Below, piece by piece: positions 35,956 through 45,421 of a stretch of 45,536 nucleotides of DNA. Position numbers and translations under genes: made by a program. Below the pieces are notes generated by a model, which was given only the letters and a program-made list of their open reading frames with translations, was not told where the DNA came from and did no database searches. Source of the DNA: Escherichia phage vB_EcoS_WFI; the sequence record NC_073058.1, one strand, 5' to 3'. Each line of letters begins with the position of its first letter. Position 1 is the first letter of the stretch.

Positions 35956-38247
35956 TTACTTCCTGTACCGATACATAATGTCGCCTTCGGCGGCAAGTGG
36001 GAAACCTTTCGCCCATATAGGCAGGTCACACATCAGCGCGCAAAGCTCCTCGGTCGTGTAATCGTCGGTGTCCGGCACTTCGGTGATCAATTCATCGTGC
36101 ACTGACAGGACGATTTCATAGCCCGCAGCTTCAACACCAGGCATGGACCATGCGAGAATATCGCGGCACAACGCCTGTACGATGTTCTCCGTAAGTTTGC
36201 CGCCGTAGGTGTACTGGAATCCCCACTGGCGCGTCGTCTGATTCTCGCCCTGGTATTTGATGCGGGTACTGGTGCGCTTCTTGCCGGTGTCTTCGTCAAT
36301 CTCGGTAGTGACAGACAGCGCGATTCCGGGGTAGCTCATGATTCGCCCTGACGGCAACTCAACCTTCAGCCACCAGCCCGCGGCGTTCGGGTCGTCGCGT
36401 TCCTCGTCAAAGGTGGGGTCGTGCTTCGCCTTCGTGCGCACAATCTTGAGCGCTTTCTTGCCATCCGGGCGAACGTTCGCGCCAGCCCAGTATGCCTTAC
36501 CTGGATTGCGTATCGCACATAACACCGCCTCCTCAAGCTCGGCCCAAAAGGCTACGGTCTTCGGGTGAGATTCACGCCACATACGTTTGATCGCGTCGCA
36601 GGTCAACCACACGTTTTTAGGCAGTATGTAAGTCGGGCGCTCGTCTTTCTTGCCGGGCTTCGGCGGGCGCTTCGCTTCGTTGATGCGGGCAAACTCATAA
36701 CCGCGTTTAGCCGCCGCCCAAATATGATCGGGGAATGTTCCCTTCATGACGTCAGCCATTGCGTACAGGTCGAGGCCCAGGTTTTTAGCAAACTGCAAGA
36801 ACGCCGCGACGCCGCCACCATAGCCCAGTCCCAATTCACACGCCTTACCAATCTGGCGTAGGTCTTTGCGGTTGGCTTTGATGTAGTCCGGGTCAAGGCC
36901 AAACATCTTACCGGCAGTTTCACAATAGATATCGCGTCCGGCCTTAAACACCATAAGCGCGGTTTTCTCGCCAGCGATCCAGGCAAGGCCACGCCCTTCC
37001 ACGTTGGAGTAGTCCGCTACAACAAACTTCTTGCCCTTAGCCGGGATAATGCACCCGCGAACGGTCGAGGCGGTTAGCTTCGATATGTCATACGCCCAGT
37101 GCGCGGTCCCGCGTAACAGGGAGTTGATGCCGTTGGTGAGCATGTGCGACCGTACCCAAAACGAGACGTCGCTCTCACCTTCGCGGCGCTTAATCTTCCC
37201 TTCGTGGTCATCACTGTACTCGCCACGTGCCAGGTTTTGAGGCTGAAAGCCTTTACCGGCCCAGCGTAGTGTGCGCTTTGCCCCACCATACTGAAGACAA
37301 CCACGGCGGCGACCATCGGCAGAAAGACCATTGACGAGCGGATTGTATTTAGTCGATGCCGTTGATGACGCGCCGAGGCGCATTTCAATAAGCACTTTGC
37401 CCTCGTCGGGGAAGTCTGGATCTTCCAGCAAGTCATTCAGCGTGGATTTCTGCGCGTTGTGAATGGTGAACGCCGGGGCAATATCACGCAGGATTGGCAG
37501 GAAGTCATTACCGGTCAGTTTACCGCCGAACAGTTCCCAGGCTTCTTCCTTCAATTCTTCTTTGTGCACCTGCACCGCCTTGATCGCGGCGTTCGCCAGG
37601 TCAACGTCCACATAGAAGCCACGGTCGTTAATCAACTGGTCGATACGCAGGATTTCATCTTCCTTCGGTGAGTTGCCCCAGTCCGGTATTCGCCAGTAGA
37701 CTTCACGCATTGCGATAATATCCAGCGCGGCATAGCGCAGGAATTTAGCCCATTCTTCAGGGTGAGTCTCGCGCGTGTAGCGGCGGATTTTGTAGGTCTT
37801 AGGGGTCGGCTTACAAAATCGCTTAATCAGCGCCTTGCCTGCCTTATCCTTCGCGTGCTCTGCGTCAACGCCCAGCACCTGGCATTGCATATCGAGGCCA
37901 CCCGGCAGCGCGTGACGAAAGGCCATAATCATCGTATCTTCGATCTGGCTTACCGGCAGGTCGATGCCCCACTTTTCACGGATAACCAGGCGGTCAAACA
38001 GGAGGCCGTTAGCCATCACTATTTTTGCTTTCTTGCGGGTTACCTGGCGTAGCGCCTTGCGCAGTTCACGCGGCATCGTGGGGGATTCAGTGGCGTCCCA
38101 TGTCTGCACGCGGCCCTCGTCGATGGCGTAGGTGCAAATCATAATCTCGGTGGATGGGTGTTCTGCATAGGCATACGCACCTGCTTTCTTCAGGTCCACC
38201 CCGCTATATGTCTCGGTGTCAAGAAACAGGCGTTCGAAGTCTTTCAT
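35956..38247 (-). CDS. DNA polymerase I (family A) with 3'-5' exonuclease domain
   Basis: Exo motif FLDTETYS; polymerase motifs RDIYCETAGKMFG, KACELGLGYGGG, LSVHDELITEV. Confidence 0.9.
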   Translation of the reverse strand: MKDFERLFLDTETYSGVDLKKAGAYAYAEHPSTEIMICTYAIDEGRVQTWDATESPTMPRELRKALRQVTRKKAKIVMANGLLFDRLVIREKWGIDLPVSQIEDTMIMAFRHALPGGLDMQCQVLGVDAEHAKDKAGKALIKRFCKPTPKTYKIRRYTRETHPEEWAKFLRYAALDIIAMREVYWRIPDWGNSPKEDEILRIDQLINDRGFYVDVDLANAAIKAVQVHKEELKEEAWELFGGKLTGNDFLPILRDIAPAFTIHNAQKSTLNDLLEDPDFPDEGKVLIEMRLGASSTASTKYNPLVNGLSADGRRRGCLQYGGAKRTLRWAGKGFQPQNLARGEYSDDHEGKIKRREGESDVSFWVRSHMLTNGINSLLRGTAHWAYDISKLTASTVRGCIIPAKGKKFVVADYSNVEGRGLAWIAGEKTALMVFKAGRDIYCETAGKMFGLDPDYIKANRKDLRQIGKACELGLGYGGGVAAFLQFAKNLGLDLYAMADVMKGTFPDHIWAAAKRGYEFARINEAKRPPKPGKKDERPTYILPKNVWLTCDAIKRMWRESHPKTVAFWAELEEAVLCAIRNPGKAYWAGANVRPDGKKALKIVRTKAKHDPTFDEERDDPNAAGWWLKVELPSGRIMSYPGIALSVTTEIDEDTGKKRTSTRIKYQGENQTTRQWGFQYTYGGKLTENIVQALCRDILAWSMPGVEAAGYEIVLSVHDELITEVPDTDDYTTEELCALMCDLPIWAKGFPLAAEGDIMYRYRK

Positions 38248-38414
38248 TGCTTTATCCTCACTACTGCGTCAGCGCTGCCGATCATGGAGAAGATACCATC
38301 CGACAAGGCAATCTCTTCGCCGTTGTTGCGAATCTCGGCAACGGTAAAATACTCGCCCAGCAATTTGGACCATACACGCATTCCGACTTTTACTTCACTG
38401 GCTTTAATACGCAT
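38244..38414 (-). CDS. small hypothetical protein (56 aa)
   Basis: RBS AGGA; stop overlaps the DNA polymerase ATG (ATGA). Confidence 0.35.
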   Translation of the reverse strand: MRIKASEVKVGMRVWSKLLGEYFTVAEIRNNGEEIALSDGIFSMIGSADAVVRIKQ

Positions 38415-38427
38415 TTTTCATTGTCCT

Positions 38428-38456
38428 AATAAAAAGCCCGCAATAAGCGGGCTTGA
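38428..38456 (-). terminator. rho-independent terminator (minus strand)
   Basis: AGCCCGC-TTATT-GCGGGCT hairpin followed by TTTTT on minus strand. Confidence 0.45.
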
Positions 38457-38472
38457 ATAGTGGGCTTTGCCC

Positions 38473-39261
38473 TTAACGGCGGCGACGTTTACGTGGTGCT
38501 TCGTCTTCGTCGTCGTCGTCCTCATCTTCGTCATCGCGGGACTTTCGACGCTTGCGAGGTTTTTCGTCTTCCTCGTCTTCGTCATCGTCATCACGACGCT
38601 TGGATTTCTTGGACTTGCGCGGCTTATCATCTTCGTCATCGTCATCACGACGTTTGGACTTCTTAGCCTTGCGCGGTGCTTCATCTTCGTCATCGTCGCC
38701 CAGGTCGTCATCGGAACAAGAAGACCCGCCGCCACCGAAGGAGTCACCATCGTCACGGAAGCGAAGACCCATCAAGCCAGCACCGAGACCTTTACCGTTG
38801 GTGTTGTTCCACGCCCAAATATCCAGGGACACGTTGCAATAACAACCGGAATAGATTTCCTGGCCTTCGATCTCGTCGCCGTCGATGGTCAGACCCTGTT
38901 CGGTCTGCTTCTCGCCCAGTGACGTTTGAATGTTAGGCTGTTTGAACGATTTGGCGTTGATGTACAACATGCCTTCGAATTCTTCGGTTACTTCGTCGCG
39001 CTCGTCGCCGTCACGAACTGCGCATTCCTTAGAATCCTGGGCGTAGTGGCGGTCCATCCACTTATCGGCGTTCTTCTCGGATTTCAGCTTGTCGGTAAGC
39101 ACTGCGCGCGCTGCCGCTTCCACTTTGTCCACCTGCGGATCTTCTTTATCAAGAAGAATCACGGCACGGTATGCCGGTTTTTGTCCATCCTGTTTAGGGG
39201 TATCACGTTCCCAAATTTTCAGGAAGCATACTCGTACATTTTTCAGGTTGACTTTAGCCAT
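38473..39261 (-). CDS. ssDNA-binding-like protein with highly charged repetitive C-terminal tail
   Basis: N-terminus MAKVNLKNVRVCF; C-terminus has three tandem units of DDDEDE...PRK.KKSKRR; gene linked to exonuclease and polymerase. Confidence 0.5.
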   Translation of the reverse strand: MAKVNLKNVRVCFLKIWERDTPKQDGQKPAYRAVILLDKEDPQVDKVEAAARAVLTDKLKSEKNADKWMDRHYAQDSKECAVRDGDERDEVTEEFEGMLYINAKSFKQPNIQTSLGEKQTEQGLTIDGDEIEGQEIYSGCYCNVSLDIWAWNNTNGKGLGAGLMGLRFRDDGDSFGGGGSSCSDDDLGDDDEDEAPRKAKKSKRRDDDDEDDKPRKSKKSKRRDDDDEDEEDEKPRKRRKSRDDEDEDDDDEDEAPRKRRRR

Positions 39262-39350
39262 TTCTCAATTCCTCATTTCGCATGTATCGGGGTTATTGTG
39301 AGCCACCCCGTTCGGCTTGGTTGCTAATTTACTTGGTTGCGCCTAAGCGG

Positions 39351-39593
39351 TCAAGCACTTTTATTAAAAAGATTTCGCGTCACGTAGTTGGTGGCGTTCT
39401 CGATCCAGCTTAACGGCGGTCGGTCGATGTGCTTCTCGACCCAATCGACGGCAACGTCGCTGTAGCCATCGTCCAGCCAGCGGGACGGATGGCGAATCAT
39501 CCAGGCCACCATTAACACGCCTTGCACGCAATGCAGGATAAAGCCCAGCGCGCCGAGCATAATCATCAATACGAATGCAAACACCTTATTCAT
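39351..39593 (-). CDS. small membrane protein (80 aa)
   Basis: Two hydrophobic helices. Confidence 0.45.
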   Translation of the reverse strand: MNKVFAFVLMIMLGALGFILHCVQGVLMVAWMIRHPSRWLDDGYSDVAVDWVEKHIDRPPLSWIENATNYVTRNLFNKSA

Positions 39594-41016
39594 TACTTAA
39601 GTCCTCATCAGTAGCTTCAGACCACGCAGGGCGCGGGTCGTCGATTGGTGCCAATACCGGTTTAGCCGGTGCGCGCGTGATTTTATCACACAATTTCGCC
39701 CACACTTTCGGTTTCTCGTCCTTCAATACCTTCTCGGCATCGGTAGGACTGAGCAATGTTTCTTTGTACATTACATCGCGCTTGATCCGGGCCTTCGTGA
39801 AGATTTCAATCACTTCGCTCTCATCCGCCCACTTGCGATTACCTTCCTTACCGGCAACCATCTTGAGGCCCAGCGATTCGCCATCACCCGCCATCACCGC
39901 CTTGAATACTGCGGACTCGATAGCCTTGATGTGCTGACGCATTGCGTCGAGGCCTTCGTATGCATTACGCAGTTCCGCCGCGCTCATAGCGCCATTGGAT
40001 TCTTCCTTATAGCCGCGCTTCGCACGTCGTGCCGCTTTCCGGGCTTCGCGGGCTGTATTGCGGTCGTGGTTGGCGCATTCTTCTTCTGTCGCCACGCTCA
40101 CGTCGTCCGCCAGGTCGTCGTCTGTTGCCGTTGGTGGGGTCATCGTGTCGATGGCGGCCTTAGCGCGGGCACTACACTGATCCGCAAATCGGCACCACTG
40201 ACAGGCGTCAACGCTCGGTCGGAAGTCGGCACGGGTAAGTCCCTTCTTGCCTCGGGAATACGCGTCCAGTGCCGCGACCGCTCGCTTGGACGCAAACTTA
40301 GCGAATATCTCCAGCGCTTCCACTGTAATATCCCACTCCGACGCCCCGCCGCAATACGGCTGGAAGATTACCAGGCGAACGGTCGTAATGTCGTACATGG
40401 TTTGCAGCTTGCGCAGCAGGCCCAGCGCGTACAACATAAGCTGTTTGTTTTCTTTCGCCTCGACCTTATGTCGCCCGGTCTTCAGGTCGCCAACAATAAG
40501 CATGTACGTGCCGTCGGTCTTCTTCATGACCATGACCATATCGGCAGTGCCAAACGTCTTCACCCTGTTGCCGTCTATCTCGAAGCCAGGGTGCAAGATG
40601 CGGGTGAGATCGGCGCGCATTTCAAGCTGGACAAACTCCGCCACTTCAAGGAGCGGTCGCCAGTGGTCGATGTACGCGTCACACTGTTTCACCATATCGT
40701 CGTTGACCAGTACGCCGCCTTTCGGTGCTTTCGGGTGCGCCTTTACCGGCCCCTTACCTTCGTTCTCAACGTAACACCCTTTGTACGTCTTCGCGGATAG
40801 CTTCTTCTCTCCGGCAATGATGCGGTTTAGCACGACTTCTGATACGGTGTGCATACTCGTACCGTTAATCGCAGCTTGCCCGGATTCGTTCGGGATACCT
40901 TTTTCGACTACCAGGGCGGCGGGGCACCCCATCCATTTTTTAGATCCCGATGGCCCGAGTAATGAGTGTTCGGTATTGCTACCGGATTGCGTTTTGCGCT
41001 TTGGTTTAATAGCCAT
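39586..41016 (-). CDS. Cas4/RecB-like PD-(D/E)xK exonuclease
   Basis: 476 aa; C-terminal Cys cluster CQWCRFADQC; co-located with SSB-like gene and polymerase. Confidence 0.55.
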   Translation of the reverse strand: MAIKPKRKTQSGSNTEHSLLGPSGSKKWMGCPAALVVEKGIPNESGQAAINGTSMHTVSEVVLNRIIAGEKKLSAKTYKGCYVENEGKGPVKAHPKAPKGGVLVNDDMVKQCDAYIDHWRPLLEVAEFVQLEMRADLTRILHPGFEIDGNRVKTFGTADMVMVMKKTDGTYMLIVGDLKTGRHKVEAKENKQLMLYALGLLRKLQTMYDITTVRLVIFQPYCGGASEWDITVEALEIFAKFASKRAVAALDAYSRGKKGLTRADFRPSVDACQWCRFADQCSARAKAAIDTMTPPTATDDDLADDVSVATEEECANHDRNTAREARKAARRAKRGYKEESNGAMSAAELRNAYEGLDAMRQHIKAIESAVFKAVMAGDGESLGLKMVAGKEGNRKWADESEVIEIFTKARIKRDVMYKETLLSPTDAEKVLKDEKPKVWAKLCDKITRAPAKPVLAPIDDPRPAWSEATDEDLSNE

Positions 41017-41201
41017 TATTCCACCCTTGTAAACTGGACAATTACATATTTACAGATATTAGCCATTCCCGCCTGTTCGACACGGCGGTGCACTTCATGC
41101 TGCGCATCTATCCAGCACATCGAGGCGTCATGGTTAACAACCATAAAAGAGAAGTGGTCGTTTGTTTTGTGGCAAGTTGCCAGCACGAAGAATTTAGCCA
41201 T
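41016..41201 (-). CDS. hypothetical protein (61 aa)
   Basis: ATG 41201 with RBS GGGAGA. Confidence 0.35.
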   Translation of the reverse strand: MAKFFVLATCHKTNDHFSFMVVNHDASMCWIDAQHEVHRRVEQAGMANICKYVIVQFTRVE

Positions 41202-41452
41202 TATTTCGTCTCCCAACGGTCAATTACTTTTTCCTCCGACGATACGGCAAAGCGAACATATTCCAGATTGGAGTCCGCCCAAATATAGAAGTCGGGGTTA
41301 GTAAATGTGGTGCGCTTAATTTGCGCGGGGTTATCGCGGCGTTTATCTATTACGGCAACGCGTGATTTAAAGTTGCCGGTACGTTCGAATAGCCAATAAT
41401 AAGGGCGCTGGTCGCGTGAATCCACCGCCTCGATTAGCGTGAAGCGTGCCAT
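41201..41452 (-). CDS. hypothetical protein (83 aa)
   Basis: ORF track. Confidence 0.4.
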   Translation of the reverse strand: MARFTLIEAVDSRDQRPYYWLFERTGNFKSRVAVIDKRRDNPAQIKRTTFTNPDFYIWADSNLEYVRFAVSSEEKVIDRWETK

Positions 41453-41462
41453 TGTCTCGTCC

Positions 41463-41494
41463 TCTAAAAATAGGCCCGCAGATTAGCGGGCCGG
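41463..41494 (-). terminator. rho-independent terminator (minus strand)
   Basis: GGCCCGCTAATCTGCGGGCC hairpin followed by TATTTTT on minus strand. Confidence 0.45.
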
Positions 41495-41500
41495 ATAATA

Positions 41501-41626
41501 TTAATCTTCACCGCCGAGTTGTCTATAAACCTCGTCCGGGTCGTCGCCTCTTTCTTCGCAGAAGGCGGTGAATGCCGCCCAATTTTCTGCTATGAAATCG
41601 AGCGTGATTCTCATTTCATAGTCCAT
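41501..41626 (-). CDS. possible small acidic protein (41 aa)
   Basis: ATG 41626; MDYEMRITLDFIAENWAAF...; below ORF-track size cut-off. Confidence 0.3.
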   Translation of the reverse strand: MDYEMRITLDFIAENWAAFTAFCEERGDDPDEVYRQLGGED

Positions 41627-41630
41627 TATA

Positions 41631-42149
41631 TTAATCTTCTAATTCGAAATAAGTTTCGACGATTGCTTTTAATTCCTGGTGGAACTCTTCCACGTCGTCA
41701 TCTTCCAGCTTGGCAACGGATTTAATTTCGAATTCTTCCAGCAGGTCGTCAAATTCGTCGTTTGCGTCGTCGTCATCACCGCCAGCAATAATAGCGGCAT
41801 ACTGCTTGATTTCGTCGCGCATCTCTTTCAGCGGATCGGCATCTTTCTTGCCTTTACCTTTCGCCGGTGCTTTCTTAGATTTCGCCGGGGCTTCTTCTTC
41901 GTCGTCCGCGTCGTCTTCTTCTACGGCTTCTTTCTTAGCCTTGCCCTTTGCTGGCGCTTTTTTGGTCTTAGCCGGTGCTTCGTCTTCAGCGTCGTCATCT
42001 TCGACTACTTCTTCTTTTGCCTTGCCCTTAGCCGGGGCTTTCTTCGCTTCCTGTTTACCAACGGCAGCGCCAGCAGTTTCATAATGCTTAGCGATGGTTT
42101 CCAGTGCTACTACGCCGCGTGTGATCAGGTTTACGATTTGCTCAAACAT
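41631..42149 (-). CDS. Lys/Ala-rich and acidic repeat protein (histone-H1-like repeats, acidic C-terminus)
   Basis: RBS GGAGA before ATG 42149; three tandem units KKAPAKGKAK...EEDDA(E/D)DE; first gene downstream of the strong leftward promoter. Confidence 0.6.
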   Translation of the reverse strand: MFEQIVNLITRGVVALETIAKHYETAGAAVGKQEAKKAPAKGKAKEEVVEDDDAEDEAPAKTKKAPAKGKAKKEAVEEDDADDEEEAPAKSKKAPAKGKGKKDADPLKEMRDEIKQYAAIIAGGDDDDANDEFDDLLEEFEIKSVAKLEDDDVEEFHQELKAIVETYFELED

Positions 42150-42345
42150 TGTATATCTCCGATTGGTTAAGTTTAGGTGTCGGCAGTCAACTTCGTCGGT
42201 GGCCTTAACATAGTGCCAGGTTACGCGTTCTCCCTTTCGGGTAGTGGACCTGGTTATATAATCACGGTTGGGAATCCTGACACTTCGATCCGGCCCCTGC
42301 GTTGCCCCTCTCCAGTTTGCGTCCTGCATCCTGTCGACGGAGTGA

Positions 42346-42375
42346 ATAATAGATTGGTTGCAGGTGGGGTGTCAA
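42346..42375 (-). promoter_or_regulatory. sigma70-like leftward promoter TTGACA-N18-TATTAT
   Basis: Minus strand reads GTTGACACCCCACCTGCAACCAATCTATTAT; about 190-nt leader to ATG 42149. Confidence 0.45.
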
Positions 42376-42492
42376 CAACTAATTTCAAAAAAAAAAGCGC
42401 CGAGGCAAAATGCGACGGCGCTAACCAATAAGAGACAATGAGACGTGATTATTATTACACGCGTGCGCGCCCGTTTCAATATACAAAAGGAG

Positions 42493-42521
42493 TTGACACC
42501 CTGCAATTTTAGGTGTAGTTT
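42493..42521 (+). promoter_or_regulatory. possible rightward promoter TTGACA-N17-TAGTTT
   Basis: GTTGACACCCTGCAATTTTAGGTGTAGTTT; the -35 flank GTTGACACCC...CTGCAA matches the leftward promoter; weak -10. Confidence 0.35.
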
Positions 42522-42552
42522 CGTTGGTCATTAACCAATAGGAGACAGAACA

Positions 42553-42882
42553 ATGCATATCAACGACGCTATCGAAATGTTAACTAAGACCGTAAGCGGT
42601 GAGACAAGCCGGTCCTGGGCTTATACCGATGCCGTTGGTGCGGCGTTATTTGAAATCGAACGCCTGCGCAGTGTCGAAAAAGAATTGCGCGCCAAGCTGG
42701 AATTACTCAACGGTACGGCAGCAAGCAAGCTGCAAAAACACAATGAAGAAATGGAAGAATACAAAAAGCAGGTTATCCGTTTACGCGACGAGGGCAAGTC
42801 CTGGGCGATGATTGCCGAGTTGACCGGAATTAATCAGAGCACCGTGCGCTCCTGGGTACGCAATAATAAAACTTCTAAGTAA
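42553..42882 (+). CDS. HTH-type transcriptional regulator (putative)
   Basis: RBS AGGAGA; C-terminal WAMIAELTGINQSTVRSWV resembles an HTH. Confidence 0.5.
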   Translation: MHINDAIEMLTKTVSGETSRSWAYTDAVGAALFEIERLRSVEKELRAKLELLNGTAASKLQKHNEEMEEYKKQVIRLRDEGKSWAMIAELTGINQSTVRSWVRNNKTSK

Positions 42883-42892
42883 GGCAACGGCA

Positions 42893-45157
42893 ATGAGCTT
42901 AATTAAATTCGCAGTAACAAGACCCGCTAAAAAAGGCGAAAAAGCCAGGGCGGAAAACTTCGAGATGACCACTGATGAGTTTTTCGAATTTATCAATGAT
43001 GCGAAAGAAATCTCCTCGGTGCACATCAACAAGACTGAAGATAAAGCCGAGTATGCGCGCCGCAAGCGTAAGGCCGATGGCATCGTGGCCTATACCAATG
43101 ATGGGTTACGCCGCAAGACCAGTGCGGTCGACCGCTCGATCCTGTTCTTCGATATTGACCGCACCGACACCCGCACATTACGCCGCTGCCGTAAAGCGTT
43201 CACCGACGCTGGTCTGGAGCATGTATTCCACACCACGACCGGCGACCGTCACCCACTGAAAGGCGGCACACGTTGCGCCCGTTTCCTGGTGCTCACTGAC
43301 AAGCCTGTACCGGCTGAAGACCTGGGCCGCGTCCAGTATGCATTGTTAGACCAACTGGGCTTGTCAGATGTGGACTTCGACGATTGTACAAAAGACACAA
43401 ACCGCCTTATGTACCTGCCTCACCAGCAGTCTGTCATAAAGTGCCACTACGGCAAGCGCGCCCGTGTCCGTCGTCTGCTTCGCCTGGCGGATAAGCTGGG
43501 AGTGGAGAAAGAGGAAGTGCGCCGCGAACTGACCCAGGGCGACGACGGCGTGGCGGACGGGATTCTGGATTGGTGCTTCCAGGCTGGCTTTGAACCACTG
43601 TCATCCGGTCGCGGTTATGAAGTGCCTTGCCCGAACGAGCACCTGCATAGCGGCGGCGGGTCGACGGCTATCATGGTTAAGGATGGCGAGATCCGTTTCA
43701 AGTGTATGCACACCGGCAACGAATGCTGTTCCGAACTGAATAAACACCAGCACCTGGCGTTACGTCTGATTGGTATCCCGGACCACTTGAACGTCGAGCC
43801 ACACAACATGTCACGCAAGCAAATCGCCGCAATCCTTCCGGGACTGGACGACGAGGAAGTGGAATCGTGCTATGAACATATTGTTGATGCGGTCGGAGAC
43901 GGCGACGAGTACGGCGAATGCACCGACGCTGACCTGGACAACGAGCCGGTCGCTCTGTTCAGTAAGCACGACCCGATTATCGAAGGCCTGGTCAACTTCA
44001 AATCTACCTGGTATATGGCGGGTGAGTCGAACATTGGTAAGTCGTTCTACGTGCTGGGCCAGATGGGCGCTGTTGCCGCGGGGATTCCGTTCGGTGGCGC
44101 GAAGGTCGTCCAGTCGCATTGCTTCTATTTCGATGCGGAAGGTGGCGAAGCCTCCAACCAGCGTAAGGAAGCATTGCAGATTAAATACGAGCACGACCTC
44201 GACAAGCTGCACATTATCGACCTGCAATCACGCGGCTGGGATATTACCAGCAAGTCAGGCTTGCGCGAGGTTATCAGCTTTATCAACCGCACCGCTAACG
44301 GGGAGCCGGTTGGCCTGGTGGCCTTCGACTCACTCAACCAGACTGTAGCGCTGCGGTCCGCTGATGCCAAACCGTTCGACGAGAACAACGCAAGCGATAT
44401 GGGTGAAGTGGTCAAAGCGCTGAAGTCCATTGCGGAAAATACAGGCGGCAGTGCGGGCGTCATCCATCACCCGGCTAAGGGTGCAAACGGCAGCAGATCC
44501 CCACGCGGGTCCGGCGCGCTTCATGGTGCTGTCGATTCTGCGTTCTTCCTGGAACAGCCGGACGATAATCAGCCAGGCCAACTCAACCTGTATCACGAAA
44601 AATCCCGTAACGGCATCAAGCAAGCGCCGCGTGGCTTCGTCCTGCTCAAGTGCAAAGTTAAGGTGGATCTCCGTAAGTCTGATGCGTTCGAAGCCCACCA
44701 GTCCACCAGCACCGGGCCAGACTTCGGCGATGTGGTTGCCGGTTGGGACGTCAAGCCAATTGCATCCACGCCACGCGACGAGACTCTCTACCTCGTACCG
44801 GTCGCCCTGGCACCGTTCGCTATCGAACAGGCTAAGGCAGCAGGCAAGGCCGCAGTTAAGGAAGAGAACACCGCCGGACCGCGCAACGAGAAAGAGAAGG
44901 TGCTTTATGCGGCACTGGAAAAACTGATGGAAGATAACCCGGACCATACTGGATTCAGTAAATCGGCAATTGTCCGCCAGGCTGGACTTGCGAAAGGTGG
45001 CACATCGACGAAGGCAATTGACGATATGGTGGAGCGCGGCGTGCTCGGGTTTTATACAGATCCACACACCGGGGCCATCTATGGGTCGTCGAATCTGGTC
45101 ATCAAATCGGATATACCCATCACGCTTTCAGCGACCGATGATGACTTAAAAGATTAA
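42893..45157 (+). CDS. primase/helicase fusion (primase-polymerase-like N-domain plus RepA-like RecA-fold ATPase)
   Basis: N-terminal ILFFDIDRTD and HVFHTTTGDRHP; C-terminal Walker A GESNIGKS and motifs VAFDSLNQ, VIHHPAKG. Confidence 0.6.
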   Translation: MSLIKFAVTRPAKKGEKARAENFEMTTDEFFEFINDAKEISSVHINKTEDKAEYARRKRKADGIVAYTNDGLRRKTSAVDRSILFFDIDRTDTRTLRRCRKAFTDAGLEHVFHTTTGDRHPLKGGTRCARFLVLTDKPVPAEDLGRVQYALLDQLGLSDVDFDDCTKDTNRLMYLPHQQSVIKCHYGKRARVRRLLRLADKLGVEKEEVRRELTQGDDGVADGILDWCFQAGFEPLSSGRGYEVPCPNEHLHSGGGSTAIMVKDGEIRFKCMHTGNECCSELNKHQHLALRLIGIPDHLNVEPHNMSRKQIAAILPGLDDEEVESCYEHIVDAVGDGDEYGECTDADLDNEPVALFSKHDPIIEGLVNFKSTWYMAGESNIGKSFYVLGQMGAVAAGIPFGGAKVVQSHCFYFDAEGGEASNQRKEALQIKYEHDLDKLHIIDLQSRGWDITSKSGLREVISFINRTANGEPVGLVAFDSLNQTVALRSADAKPFDENNASDMGEVVKALKSIAENTGGSAGVIHHPAKGANGSRSPRGSGALHGAVDSAFFLEQPDDNQPGQLNLYHEKSRNGIKQAPRGFVLLKCKVKVDLRKSDAFEAHQSTSTGPDFGDVVAGWDVKPIASTPRDETLYLVPVALAPFAIEQAKAAGKAAVKEENTAGPRNEKEKVLYAALEKLMEDNPDHTGFSKSAIVRQAGLAKGGTSTKAIDDMVERGVLGFYTDPHTGAIYGSSNLVIKSDIPITLSATDDDLKD

Positions 45158-45263
45158 ATTTTGCGCGCATTGGTTGCCATTTTGAGTGTTTTTAGCTGGT
45201 CGCATTGGTTGCCGTGTAGTGTGAATATAGTGAATAGTTATGCATTTTTATTGCATAAAGTAA

Positions 45264-45421
45264 GCGGGACAAAAAGCGGGACAGACAGGGGGCGGGACAA
45301 GGCGGGACAGCACCCCCGTCCCGCCCCGGATTACGCGGCTTGCGGGGGAGCGGGACAGGCGGGACAACTCCCAGTCTTTCAGACTAGACGGGGGTCAGTT
45401 GGCCCCCCTCGTCTGAGACTG
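45264..45421. repeat. iteron array plus ~50-nt imperfect palindrome, second copy of the 16829-17139 element
   Basis: GCGGGACA units; palindrome CAGTCTTTCAGACTAGACGGGGGTCAGTTGGCCCCCCTCGTCTGAGACTG at 45372-45420; flanking TGCATAA repeats. Confidence 0.7.

Noticed and set aside
38467-42170. Plus-strand ORFs (38467..38922, 39931..40800, 40247..40774, 41679..42170, 41710..42084) within the leftward replication block
   Set aside because: Antisense to minus-strand genes with recognisable motifs; products are low-complexity (poly-Ser, poly-Phe/Leu) as expected from antisense reading of charged repeats.
42177-42431. 84-aa plus-strand ORF in the divergent control region
   Set aside because: Lies within the predicted leader and promoter of the leftward operon, has no RBS, and the translation is not protein-like.
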